Part shown: piece after piece, positions 1 to 8,264 of the stretch
How positions within the stretch are numbered: position 1 is the first letter of the stretch
How the letters are laid out: each line of letters begins with the position of its first letter
DNA from: Acutalibacteraceae bacterium
GTDB taxonomy: Bacteria > Bacillota > Clostridia > Oscillospirales > Acutalibacteraceae
Direction of reading: 5' to 3'
NCBI GenBank assembly: GCA_045541655.1
Contig: JAZQJN010000012.1
Span: forward strand, 1-49,418
DNA: 49,418 nucleotides
Position numbers and translations under genes: made by a program
The notes under the pieces: model-generated
The model's input: the letters and a program-made list of their open reading frames with translations, nothing else
What the model was told of the DNA's origin: nothing
The model's database searches: none

Positions 1-36
1 AAAAAACTCTCGTTCAAAAGAACGAGAGTTTTTTTA
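1..36. terminator. Bidirectional rho-independent terminator-like hairpin
   Basis: 10-bp stem ACTCTCGTTC / GAACGAGAGT with an AAAA loop. It has an A-run on the 5' side and a T-run (30-36) on the 3' side. Confidence 0.6.
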
Positions 37-37
37 T

Positions 38-225
38 CCATTGCGAAAGCAATGGTATATCATCAACGATAGCGTTGCTATCGTTGTATCTCATCAGTCC
101 GTTAGGACTGTATATCATCACGCGTTAGCGTGTATCAAAAAAACTTTCGCAATGATGATATACAAAACTTCGTTTTGATGATATGCAATTCCTGCGGAAT
201 TGATGATATACAATGCTCCGCATTG
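38..225. repeat. Mirror array of the 10-mer TATATCATCA and its complement TGATGATAT(A/G), each copy separated by a different short perfect hairpin
   Basis: Forward 10-mers lie at 56-65, 87-96 (degenerate) and 111-120, with a decayed copy near 133. Inverted 10-mers lie at 153-162, 176-185 and 201-210. Hairpins lie at 38-55 (GAAA loop), 66-84, 97-108, 121-130, 163-177, 186-202 and 211-225. Confidence 0.85.
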
Positions 226-234
226 ATTTTCTAC

Positions 235-274
235 CGCTTTTATGTTATAATACACCCAAGGCGGTGATGATATG
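235..274 (+). promoter_or_regulatory. Conserved promoter/leader copy A (-10 TATAAT, RBS AAGGCGG, TGATGATATG containing the start codon)
   Basis: CGCTTTTATGTTATAATACACCCAAGGCGGTGATGATATG is about 90% identical to 1642-1685, although the downstream ORFs are unrelated. Confidence 0.7.
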
Positions 275-535
275 AAAAAATTTAAAGTTACAAGTTATCA
301 TAAAAGTAATGCACTGATGCCGTCAAATGGTGGAACATTGATTATAACTGATACTGAATATATCATTAAATATCTTTTTATAACTGTTGCAAAGTATAAA
401 ATTGATGATACTATCGCTTCTAAAATTTCTTTTGTATCAAAAGGATTAAACTTAAACGACGGAGAGAAACAAATCGACCTTTATTTTTTCTCTAAAACAG
501 CACAAAAAGTATATGAGTTATTAAATCTTAAATAA
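272..535 (+). CDS. Small hypothetical protein (87 aa), possible immunity-type cassette gene
   Basis: ORF with a good RBS and the shared leader. I recognise no motif in it. Confidence 0.5.
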   Translation: MKKFKVTSYHKSNALMPSNGGTLIITDTEYIIKYLFITVAKYKIDDTIASKISFVSKGLNLNDGEKQIDLYFFSKTAQKVYELLNLK

Positions 536-588
536 TATTTGTAGAAAATCAGGTTTCCACCTAGATAATAGAAGCAGTTAAATTATTT

Positions 589-1141
589 ATGAAGAAAGAC
601 GTTGAAGTAGAACAAGAAAGAGATGCAGATACTCGTACTAACTCTGTATATCTCCGTACTGCTTATATTGTAGCTCTTGCAGATGCTACTAAAAGCTGTA
701 AATTATCTGCTTAATTTTAATTATCTGTTAATAAGGGATAGAGTTATTAACATTCTAGAGTATTTTCATAATCTTTTTGGGGAATTTGCAACAGAAGTAA
801 AGCCGCTAGATGGATATTATGATATAGCGGCACACGGATTGCCAACTTCTATGGAAGTGTTTAAAACTCCAGTAAATAGTGAAACTATGGTAAGAATTAT
901 TATGGAACGAGGAGACTATACTAAAGGAACTCCTATTCGGCTTTTATCTTGTTTTACTGGTGATGATAGTAGTGGAACTTGCTTTGCACAAGAACTAGCT
1001 GAAATGCTTGAAACAGAAATTATTGCCCCAGATTTTGAATTAATAGTAAGTGAAACTGGAAAGATATATAAAATTGTAGGTAAGGAGAGGGTTTTAATAG
1101 ATGAAAAAGACTTTAAGCGGTTCAGCCCTAAAAGAAGATAA
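589..1141 (+). pseudogene. Orphan, probably 5'-truncated and frameshifted, polymorphic-toxin-like C-terminal domain
   Basis: ORF 677-1141 has only a TTG/ATG start and no RBS. A 42-codon ORF (589-714) overlaps it in another frame. The pattern DIAAHG...IRLLSCFTG...FAQELAEML...IIAP resembles a His/Cys domain I have seen at C-termini of RHS/LXG-type toxins. The family was not verified. Confidence 0.4.
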
Positions 1142-1418
1142 TGTTAAATATATCTATCGAGATAAGAATGTATCTATGGGAGATAAAGTACCATATAAAA
1201 ACATATTATTAAAGTATTTAAGAGGTTTTAAACCGAATTTTGCTACCAGTGCGAATATACACGATTATGTAACGAATACAGATATTAAAAATACCTATAA
1301 TATGGGATATGAGTATAATGGGTACTTTTGGACAGAAACAGATATTTATCACTTTGAAAAATATAATATGCCATTGAATGAAGATTTTATAAAATATGTT
1401 TTAAGTAAGAACACCTAA
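1101..1418 (+). CDS. Small hypothetical protein (105 aa), putative immunity protein for the upstream toxin fragment
   Basis: Strong RBS AAGGAGAG lies about 10 nt upstream of the ATG. The gene overlaps the 3' end of the toxin-like ORF and is followed by a terminator. Confidence 0.55.
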   Translation: MKKTLSGSALKEDNVKYIYRDKNVSMGDKVPYKNILLKYLRGFKPNFATSANIHDYVTNTDIKNTYNMGYEYNGYFWTETDIYHFEKYNMPLNEDFIKYVLSKNT

Positions 1419-1444
1419 GCTTAAAAACTTAGGTGTTCTTTTTA
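1407..1444 (+). terminator. Rho-independent terminator
   Basis: 13-bp stem AAGAACACCTAAG / CTTAGGTGTTCTT followed by a T-run. It overlaps the stop codon. Confidence 0.75.
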
Positions 1445-1522
1445 TATGCCTTTTTTAAAGGGGTTAGGCGGTAAAGAAACAACTTAATATATAAAGGGTT
1501 AGTTCTTTTTCGGACACGAGAG

Positions 1523-1631
1523 CCAAAAATCCCGAATGCGTAAGCGTTCGGGAGTTACTTTTTCACTCTTCACTAAATTTCGAATTCGGGATTTTTGGAA
1601 AGTAAAAGGTAATAGTGAATAGTGAAGAAGT
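1523..1631. repeat. Interleaved inverted repeats plus a GNRA-loop hairpin (structured element or MITE-like remnant)
   Basis: CCAAAAATCCCGAA (1523-1536) is the reverse complement of TTCGGGATTTTTGG (1585-1598). Hairpin CCCGAATGC-GTAA-GCGTTCGGG lies at 1531-1552. TACTTTTTCACTCTTCACTA (1557-1576) pairs with TAGTGAATAGTGAAGAAGTA (1612-1631) at 18 of 20 positions. Confidence 0.75.
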
Positions 1632-1641
1632 ATTGTGGCTT

Positions 1642-1685
1642 CGCCACTTTTATGCTATAATACACCTAAAGGCGGTGATGATATG
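1642..1685 (+). promoter_or_regulatory. Conserved promoter/leader copy B
   Basis: CGCCACTTTTATGCTATAATACACCTAAAGGCGGTGATGATATG is a near-duplicate of 235-274. Confidence 0.7.
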
Positions 1686-2063
1686 GAATTGTTAGAGTAT
1701 CTTAAGTGTAATATTTCAACTAATAATTCATTAGACGAAATCATAAATGTATTTGAAGAAATGTGCAAGACCCCCATTGAAGAAGACCTTTTATTAAACG
1801 AGTATGGTGTTTATGATTTTACGGGGGAAGATCTGTTTTACTATGATTTAGTGAGACAATATCCGGATGGAGAAGATGAATATTATCAGCTACGAGTAAG
1901 TATAATTTTTTCTCCCGATGAAGATAATCGCTATCTTGAAGATACTTTATGGAGTGATGATACCGACGAAAACTTCTTTGATTATATACGCAAGTCGGAA
2001 GGATATCATTATGCAAAAAATCACAAGTTGAAGTCCATTGATATAAGAATTGACCAAACTTAA
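1683..2063 (+). CDS. Acidic small protein (126 aa), immunity-protein-like
   Basis: I chose the internal ATG at 1683 because it sits in the conserved leader with the RBS. The protein is D/E-rich, as many polymorphic-toxin immunity proteins are. Confidence 0.55.
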   Translation: MELLEYLKCNISTNNSLDEIINVFEEMCKTPIEEDLLLNEYGVYDFTGEDLFYYDLVRQYPDGEDEYYQLRVSIIFSPDEDNRYLEDTLWSDDTDENFFDYIRKSEGYHYAKNHKLKSIDIRIDQT

Positions 2064-2134
2064 TGTTATTGTTGAAAAATCCTCGGTTTTTGACCAGTTC
2101 ATTTTTGGGATACAATTATTTTACATTAATAATA

Positions 2135-2163
2135 TTGAATTGGTGATGTTTTTAAGGTATAAT
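2135..2163 (+). promoter_or_regulatory. Sigma-A type promoter for citrate synthase
   Basis: TTGAAT, 17-bp spacer, TATAAT. Confidence 0.6.
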
Positions 2164-2221
2164 TAACCTACAACTTATAAGTTCCGAATTAAGTATTATT
2201 TATGATATAAAGGAGAACAAA

Positions 2222-3577
2222 ATGAATTACTCTGAAATTACCCCATACATTAGGGAACTTGCGGAATTATCCGACAGCGGAAATCACATAGTTCCTGAAA
2301 TGTATGCAAAGCACGATGTTAAGAGGGGGCTCCGCGACCTTAACGGAAACGGCATCGTTGCCGGTCTTACCGAGGTATCCCGCATCAAAGCAAAGGACAA
2401 GGATGCACAGGGGAATGAGATTCCCTGTCAAGGTCAACTTTTCTACAGAGGAATAAACGTCCGCAATATGGTAAAGGGATTCCTTGATGACGACCGTCCC
2501 GGATTTGAGGAAACCATATATCTGCTTTTGTTTTCAAAACTTCCCAACAAGGAGGAGTTGGACAATTTTTGCGAACAACTCTCAATATACCGTTCCTTGC
2601 CCTCTTCCTTCGTTCGTGATATGATCCTAAAAGCCCCCGGCAAGGATATGATGAATATTTTATCCAGATGCGTTCTGGCACTTTATTCTTATGATGATAA
2701 TCCTGATGACGTTTCTACGGCTAACGTTTTGCGTCAGTGTTTGCAACTGATTGCAGAATTTCCTCTGCTTGCGGTTTATGCATATCATTCCCATCAACAT
2801 TATCACAAAAACAACAGTTTGTTTATTCATTATCCAAAAAAAGAATTAAGAACCGCAGAAAATCTTTTATATATTCTTCGTGAAGACGGCAAATACAGCC
2901 CCCTTGAAGCGAAAATTCTTGACCTCGCCCTTGTGCTTCACGCGGAACACGGTGGCGGTAATAACTCCAGTTTTACCACCCACGTAGTTACTTCCTCAGG
3001 AACCGATACCTATTCCGCTATCTCTGCGGCTCTCGGTTCCCTCAAAGGTCCCCGCCACGGCGGAGCAAACATCAAAGTGGTTCAAATGTTTGATGATATG
3101 AAGCAAAATATCAATATAAAGGATAAGGATGCCGTTCGGGATTATCTTGTTCGTTTGCTTGATAAACAGGCCTTTGACAATGCCGGACTTATTTATGGAA
3201 TGGGACACGCCGTTTATTCTTTATCCGACCCGAGAGCGGATATTTTAAGAACCTACGCCAAGAAACTTTCGGAAGAAAAGGGTATGCAGGAGGAATATGA
3301 ACTCTACGAAACCGTAGAAAAACTTGCACCCCAGATTATTGCAGAAAAACGCAAAATGTATAAAGGCGTCAGTGCCAACGTGGATTTTTATTCAGGTATG
3401 GTATATAAAATGTTGGGACTTCCTTATGAACTGTTCACACCCATATTTGCGGTTGCCAGAATCGCAGGATGGAGTGCCCACCGTCTTGAAGAAATACAAA
3501 ATGCAGGTAAGATTATCAGACCGGCATATACAAGCGTAAAGCCCGAAACGGAGTATATTCCCATAGCGGATAGATAA
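2222..3577 (+). CDS. gltA: Citrate synthase
   Basis: 451 aa with LHAEHGGGNNSSFT and GPRHGGAN, which are citrate synthase signature regions. An AGGAGA RBS is present. Confidence 0.9.
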   Translation: MNYSEITPYIRELAELSDSGNHIVPEMYAKHDVKRGLRDLNGNGIVAGLTEVSRIKAKDKDAQGNEIPCQGQLFYRGINVRNMVKGFLDDDRPGFEETIYLLLFSKLPNKEELDNFCEQLSIYRSLPSSFVRDMILKAPGKDMMNILSRCVLALYSYDDNPDDVSTANVLRQCLQLIAEFPLLAVYAYHSHQHYHKNNSLFIHYPKKELRTAENLLYILREDGKYSPLEAKILDLALVLHAEHGGGNNSSFTTHVVTSSGTDTYSAISAALGSLKGPRHGGANIKVVQMFDDMKQNINIKDKDAVRDYLVRLLDKQAFDNAGLIYGMGHAVYSLSDPRADILRTYAKKLSEEKGMQEEYELYETVEKLAPQIIAEKRKMYKGVSANVDFYSGMVYKMLGLPYELFTPIFAVARIAGWSAHRLEEIQNAGKIIRPAYTSVKPETEYIPIADR

Positions 3578-3616
3578 CGGTGCTTTGTTAAAATTTTTGT
3601 GAACAGGAGGGATTTT

Positions 3617-3811
3617 ATGAAATGTCCTTATTGTCAAAAAGAGATGGAGGAGGGATACGTTCCCTTTAACTCCCCCTTCGTGCTAAGGTGGGTATCTCTG
3701 ATAGACAAGAAAAAAATCAGAATTTCCGATAAGGTAAAACTAACCCAGGTTTCAAAAATCAAGAATGTTCACTACTGCAAAGATTGTGATGTATTTATAA
3801 AGAAGAATTAG
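3617..3811 (+). CDS. Small zinc-ribbon protein
   Basis: MKCPYC...YCKDC gives two CxxC pairs. RBS AGGAGGG precedes the ATG at 3617, whereas the track start at 3599 is a GTG with no RBS. Confidence 0.6.
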   Translation: MKCPYCQKEMEEGYVPFNSPFVLRWVSLIDKKKIRISDKVKLTQVSKIKNVHYCKDCDVFIKKN

Positions 3812-3825
3812 ACTTGTTAAAAGAT

Positions 3826-3857
3826 AAAAAAAGCCGTGATTTAATCACGGCTTTTTA
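3826..3857. terminator. Bidirectional terminator
   Basis: AAGCCGTGAT-TTA-ATCACGGCTT flanked by an A-run and a T-run, between convergent genes. Confidence 0.75.
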
Positions 3858-4061
3858 TATTTCATCATCAATAAATTGCATAATATCTTCAACGTTGCAC
3901 TTTAATATTTTGCAAAACATTTCTATTGTATGTGTGCTGACACTTTCATTTCTCTTTAATCGGGTGATTTGTGCCGGACTAATATTGTATTTCTTAATTA
4001 GTGCGTATTGAGTAACACCTTTTTCTTTCATAGTTTGCCATAATCTATCATAGGAAATCAT
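3855..4061 (-). CDS. XRE-family helix-turn-helix transcriptional regulator
   Basis: GVTQYALIKKYNISPAQITRLKRNESVSTHTIEMFCKIL is a typical Cro/C1 HTH. RBS GGGAGGA lies 10 nt before the ATG at 4061. Confidence 0.8.
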   Translation of the reverse strand: MISYDRLWQTMKEKGVTQYALIKKYNISPAQITRLKRNESVSTHTIEMFCKILKCNVEDIMQFIDDEI

Positions 4062-4158
4062 ATTTTTCAATCCTCCCTATTGACATATTAACCGAATATG
4101 GTATACAATAATATTAACCAAAAATGGTTAATATACTAGTTTTGAGGAACGAAATAGT

Positions 4159-4800
4159 ATGATGAAAAAGCTTGCAATTATAACGATAGCATCGCTTTGT
4201 ATTACTTTAGTGGCTTGTGGAGGCGTGGAACCAAAGGATGATAACTCAGTAAGTAGTATGGGAATGATGTCTTCGGTTGTTTCTGAAAAAAACGGGGAGG
4301 ATGAAACTAATAAAAAAGGAATTGATCTTAACGCCTTGAAAGCTGTTGAAGATGCTGACACCTTTAATGTTTCTGTTATATCTATAGAAAAGTTTAAGGA
4401 TGGTTACAAAGGAGGTGCTGTTTTATCTATCGTGGGAGACGATGCGATTTTAGTGAAGATAAAGAATAATACCGGTGCCAAAATTCAAAATTTTAAGGTT
4501 CTTGTTTTGGCAACCGATAAAAATGGCAACGGATGTGATTTAGGAAAATTACAATCTATGCCGAAAACAATTATAACTAACGATCATAAAGTAGAGAAAT
4601 ATTCAAATTACGTTAAGTGTTTGGAAAATGACACTGCAGATCTTGCTGTCGGTGCCGAAAAAGAGTATGGTGTAAGATGCAACTTGCAAAAAATTGAAAA
4701 TGTTAATGCCATTGTGTATTCTTATGTTGATGCCACAGGTAAAGAGGTCATAAATAATAACTTTGAAAAATGGCTTGAAAAAACCTATGAAATAAAATAA
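4159..4800 (+). CDS. Lipoprotein of unknown function
   Basis: The signal peptide has the lipobox LVAC-GG. Confidence 0.7.
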   Translation: MMKKLAIITIASLCITLVACGGVEPKDDNSVSSMGMMSSVVSEKNGEDETNKKGIDLNALKAVEDADTFNVSVISIEKFKDGYKGGAVLSIVGDDAILVKIKNNTGAKIQNFKVLVLATDKNGNGCDLGKLQSMPKTIITNDHKVEKYSNYVKCLENDTADLAVGAEKEYGVRCNLQKIENVNAIVYSYVDATGKEVINNNFEKWLEKTYEIK

Positions 4801-4806
4801 TTAAAA

Positions 4807-4853
4807 ACAGGACACGGTAAAAGAGAAATTTAAATTCCGTGTTCTGTTTTTTT
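4807..4853 (+). terminator. Rho-independent terminator
   Basis: ACAGGACACGG / CCGTGTTCTGT stem followed by T7. Confidence 0.7.
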
Positions 4854-4891
4854 ACGCAAAAATCATTTTTTTCAAAAGATAAACACTTTTC

Positions 4892-4920
4892 TTGACTGTG
4901 GGATAATGTTGTGGTAAAAT
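4892..4920 (+). promoter_or_regulatory. Sigma-A type promoter
   Basis: TTGACT, 17-bp spacer, TAAAAT. Its position argues against the track start at 4919. Confidence 0.55.
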
Positions 4921-4960
4921 GTCAACAGTATTAAGGAATCAACTCAAAGGAGTGTTATAT

Positions 4961-5761
4961 ATGGGATTTTTGAAGGGAAAAACCGCTATTATTACCGGTG
5001 CGGGTTTTGCTGCTTTATCTGACGGCAGATGCGGTTCTATCGGATACGGTATTGCCACCGCTTATGCTAAAGAGGGTGCAAATCTTGTCATTACCGGACG
5101 TAACGTTGCTAAACTGGAAAAGGCAAAGGAAGAACTTGAAAAACTTTACGGTATCAAGGTGCTTATCTTCTCTGCCGATATCTCTGCAGGAAGTGACAAC
5201 GAAGCCACCGCTAAATCGGTTGTAGAGGCAACTATGGCCGAGTTCGGCAGAATTGATGTTCTTATCAACAATGCTCAGGCATCCGCCTCCGGTGTTACCA
5301 TTCAGGATCACACCACCGAGCAATTTGACCTTGCAATGTATTCGGGCCTTTACGCCACCTTCTATTATATGAAGGCCTGCTATCCCTATCTAAAAGAGAC
5401 CAAGGGAAGCATTATCAACTTTGCATCAGGTGCAGGACTTTTCGGCAACTACGGTCAATGTGCCTACGCCGCCGCAAAAGAGGGTATTCGCGGACTTTCC
5501 CGCGTTGCCGCCACCGAATGGGCAGGGGATGGCATCAATACCAACGTTGTTTGTCCTCTTGCCTGGACTGCTCAACTTGAAAACTTTGAAAAGGCATATC
5601 CCGATGCATTTAAGGCAAACGTAAAGATGCCTCCTGCAGGACATTTTGGCGATCCCGAAACCGAAATCGGACGCGTTTGTGTTCAACTTGCATCCCCCGA
5701 TTTCAAATTTATGAACGGCGAAACCCTTACCCTCGAAGGCGGTATGGGACTCCGCCCGTAA
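4961..5761 (+). CDS. SDR-family oxidoreductase
   Basis: TGAG..G dinucleotide-binding motif, NNAQ, and YAAAKEG (YxxxK). RBS AAGGAG precedes the ATG at 4961. Confidence 0.85.
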   Translation: MGFLKGKTAIITGAGFAALSDGRCGSIGYGIATAYAKEGANLVITGRNVAKLEKAKEELEKLYGIKVLIFSADISAGSDNEATAKSVVEATMAEFGRIDVLINNAQASASGVTIQDHTTEQFDLAMYSGLYATFYYMKACYPYLKETKGSIINFASGAGLFGNYGQCAYAAAKEGIRGLSRVAATEWAGDGINTNVVCPLAWTAQLENFEKAYPDAFKANVKMPPAGHFGDPETEIGRVCVQLASPDFKFMNGETLTLEGGMGLRP

Positions 5762-5776
5762 GAAAGACAATTAAAC

Positions 5777-5811
5777 AAAAAAATCCGTTCTCAATCGAGA
5801 ACGGATTTTTT
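5777..5811. terminator. Bidirectional terminator
   Basis: TCCGTTCTC-AATC-GAGAACGGA flanked by A-runs and T-runs, between convergent genes. Confidence 0.75.
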
Positions 5812-6682
5812 ATTCACTCAAATATTTATTAAGGAAATTCAGCACATACTTTTTATCTGCCGACCAGAGGGGAGAAACGAGGGTTTTCTTATCTCCGTCG
5901 CCGGTAATGCGGTGGACTACCGTATCTTTTGGAAGCAGAGAGATGCATCTTTTAAGTATCTCGGCATATCTTTCAAGGGATAAGGTTTCAAATTCTCCCT
6001 TTTCATAAAGTTCACAAAGTCTTGTATTCTTCAAGACGTGGAGAAGATGAAATTTTACCCCGTCGGTTTTGTTATCCACCGCAAATTTTGTGGTGGCGAG
6101 CATATCCTCATCATCTTCAAAGGGAAGTCCCAAAATAATATGGGTTACGGTTTCAATATCTGCCGATTTGAGAAGTTTCATAGCCCTTACGTAGTCGTCA
6201 TTTGTATAACATCGGTTGATGAATTCTCCGCTTTTTTCCTTTGAGGTTTGCAGTCCCAACTCCACCGTAACGGGTTTCATTTGATTTACTTTTTTAAGTA
6301 GTTCCACCACATTTTCATCCACACAGTCGGGGCGGGTGGCGATGGATAAGCCCACGATATAATCGGGCTTAATTGCATCAAAATACAGATTTTCGAGGAT
6401 ATTTATCGGTGCGTAGGTGTTTGAAAAAGACTGAAAATATGCCATATATTTTCCGCCTTTGTTTTTGCTTTCGACCTTTAATTTTGCATCTTCAAGTTGC
6501 TCAAAAACGCTATCCGTTTTAGGGGATGCAAACTCTCCGCTTCCAAGGGATGAGCAGAAAATGCATCCACCCACTCCCTTTGTGCCGTCCCTGTTGGGGC
6601 AGATGAAACCTCCATCGATAGACAGTTTATACACCTTACATCCAAATTTTTCTTTGTTGTGTTGGTTCAGGGTTTTATACAT
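5810..6682 (-). CDS. Radical SAM protein, TIGR01212 (YhcC-like) family
   Basis: The N-terminal CPNRDGTKGVGGCIFC motif is characteristic of this family. 290 aa. Confidence 0.85.
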   Translation of the reverse strand: MYKTLNQHNKEKFGCKVYKLSIDGGFICPNRDGTKGVGGCIFCSSLGSGEFASPKTDSVFEQLEDAKLKVESKNKGGKYMAYFQSFSNTYAPINILENLYFDAIKPDYIVGLSIATRPDCVDENVVELLKKVNQMKPVTVELGLQTSKEKSGEFINRCYTNDDYVRAMKLLKSADIETVTHIILGLPFEDDEDMLATTKFAVDNKTDGVKFHLLHVLKNTRLCELYEKGEFETLSLERYAEILKRCISLLPKDTVVHRITGDGDKKTLVSPLWSADKKYVLNFLNKYLSE

Positions 6683-6823
6683 TTTTCACCCACCTTTTTA
6701 TTTCAATATTTATCTACATTTTAATATATTTTTTGCTAAAATTCAATCTAATCTATGATGTTGAAAAATATTTTCAAGTGTGGTATAATGCTATTATTGA
6801 TATTCATAAAGGAATTGATATTT

Positions 6824-7381
6824 ATGAAAACATATACTATTGTTTCCGGTGTTAACGGTTGTGGCAAAAGTAGTTTGACCGGTGTTTTGAGAACTGAAAT
6901 TGATAATTTAGGCAAAATAATTGACGTTGATAAAATTACGGTTGCCTGTGGCGGTAACGCTGTTGAGGGCGGGAAAAAAGCCATTGCAATTATTGATGAT
7001 TGTTTAGAAAAAGAAATTTGTTTTACCCAGGAAACTACCCTTTCCGGAAGAAAGACTCTTAACACCATTAAACGAGCGATTGCAAAGGATTATTATATTC
7101 GACTTTACTACGTTGGACTTGATACAATAGAGGAAAGTTTATTACGTATTGAAAACCGAGTAAAAAAAGGCGGTCATAATATTGATACAGAAGCGGTAAC
7201 AAAACGCTTCCAAAAACGTTTTGAGGATTTGCTTGTGGTGTTGCCTTATTGCAATGAAGCCACTTTTTATGATAACGACAACGGTTTTGTAACGGTTGCA
7301 AAATATAAGAACGGTGAATTACAGCCGATAGGTGAAAATAGTCCTGAATGGTTAAAAGAATTAATTGAAAAGATGAAATAG
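6824..7381 (+). CDS. P-loop kinase/ATPase of the zeta-toxin-like (COG4185-type) family
   Basis: Walker A motif SGVNGCGKSS at the N-terminus of the ATG-6824 form. RBS AAAGGAA and an extended -10 (TGTGGTATAAT) lie upstream. Confidence 0.65.
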   Translation: MKTYTIVSGVNGCGKSSLTGVLRTEIDNLGKIIDVDKITVACGGNAVEGGKKAIAIIDDCLEKEICFTQETTLSGRKTLNTIKRAIAKDYYIRLYYVGLDTIEESLLRIENRVKKGGHNIDTEAVTKRFQKRFEDLLVVLPYCNEATFYDNDNGFVTVAKYKNGELQPIGENSPEWLKELIEKMK

Positions 7382-7491
7382 GTGAAAGGGCGTGTGTGAG
7401 TCAGAATTGCACACGCTTTATCTTTATGTCTTGCGTTTTTTAAAAAGGGATGTTATAATATAAAGGTAAAAATTCCCCTCGGAGGTGCAAT

Positions 7492-8247
7492 ATGTTAAAA
7501 GAATCCAACAAAACGGAACTTTTTCATTTGGGTTTCAGCCCCGAAATAAAGGGGGATTTTGCCATTTTGCCGGGAGATCCGGGCAGGGTGGATAAAATAG
7601 CAAAGTATCTTGAAAACCCCACCCTGATTGCTCATAAAAGGGAATACCGTACCGTTCTGGGCGAGTGTGACGGCAAAAAGGTCTTTGTCTGCTCCACGGG
7701 GATAGGGGGTCCCTCCACCGCCATTGCGGTTGGGGAACTTATTCAGGCGGGGGTTACCACCTTTATTCGCATCGGTACCTGCGGAGGAATAAATCTAAAG
7801 GTTGACGGCGGAGATATTGTTATTGCCACCTCGGCTGTCCGCCAGGAAGGCACCGCCCTTCACTATGCACCCATTGAATTTCCTGCCACCGCCGATTTTT
7901 CGGTGGTATCGGCACTGAATGAGGCATCAAAAAAATTCGATAAAAAGGTTCACGTAGGAATTGTTCAGTCAAAGGATTCCTTTTACGGTCAACATTCCCC
8001 CGAAACATCCCCTGTACGGGATGAGTTAAAAGAAAAATGGTCGGCTTGGAAAGATCTTGGTGTACTTGCCTCCGAAATGGAGGGTGCAACCCTATTTACC
8101 GTGGCATCCGCAAGGGGCGTTAAAGCGGGGATGGTTTTATCTGCCGTGTGGAATCAGGAACGACACGCCGAAGGTCTTGACTGCAAAGAGATTATGGATA
8201 CCGAAACCGCCTGTAAAATTGCGGTGGAGGCAATAAAATATTTGTAA
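7492..8247 (+). CDS. udp: Uridine phosphorylase (PNP/UDP family)
   Basis: 251 aa with ILPGDPGR, STGIGGPS and EMEGA motifs. Confidence 0.85.
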   Translation: MLKESNKTELFHLGFSPEIKGDFAILPGDPGRVDKIAKYLENPTLIAHKREYRTVLGECDGKKVFVCSTGIGGPSTAIAVGELIQAGVTTFIRIGTCGGINLKVDGGDIVIATSAVRQEGTALHYAPIEFPATADFSVVSALNEASKKFDKKVHVGIVQSKDSFYGQHSPETSPVRDELKEKWSAWKDLGVLASEMEGATLFTVASARGVKAGMVLSAVWNQERHAEGLDCKEIMDTETACKIAVEAIKYL

Positions 8248-8264
8248 TTTTTTAAGGATTATTT

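Noticed and set aside
38-225. Possible CRISPR array
   Set aside because: The repeats are only 10 nt, the spacers are 12-19 nt and are themselves palindromic, the array changes orientation midway, and there are no cas genes in the window.
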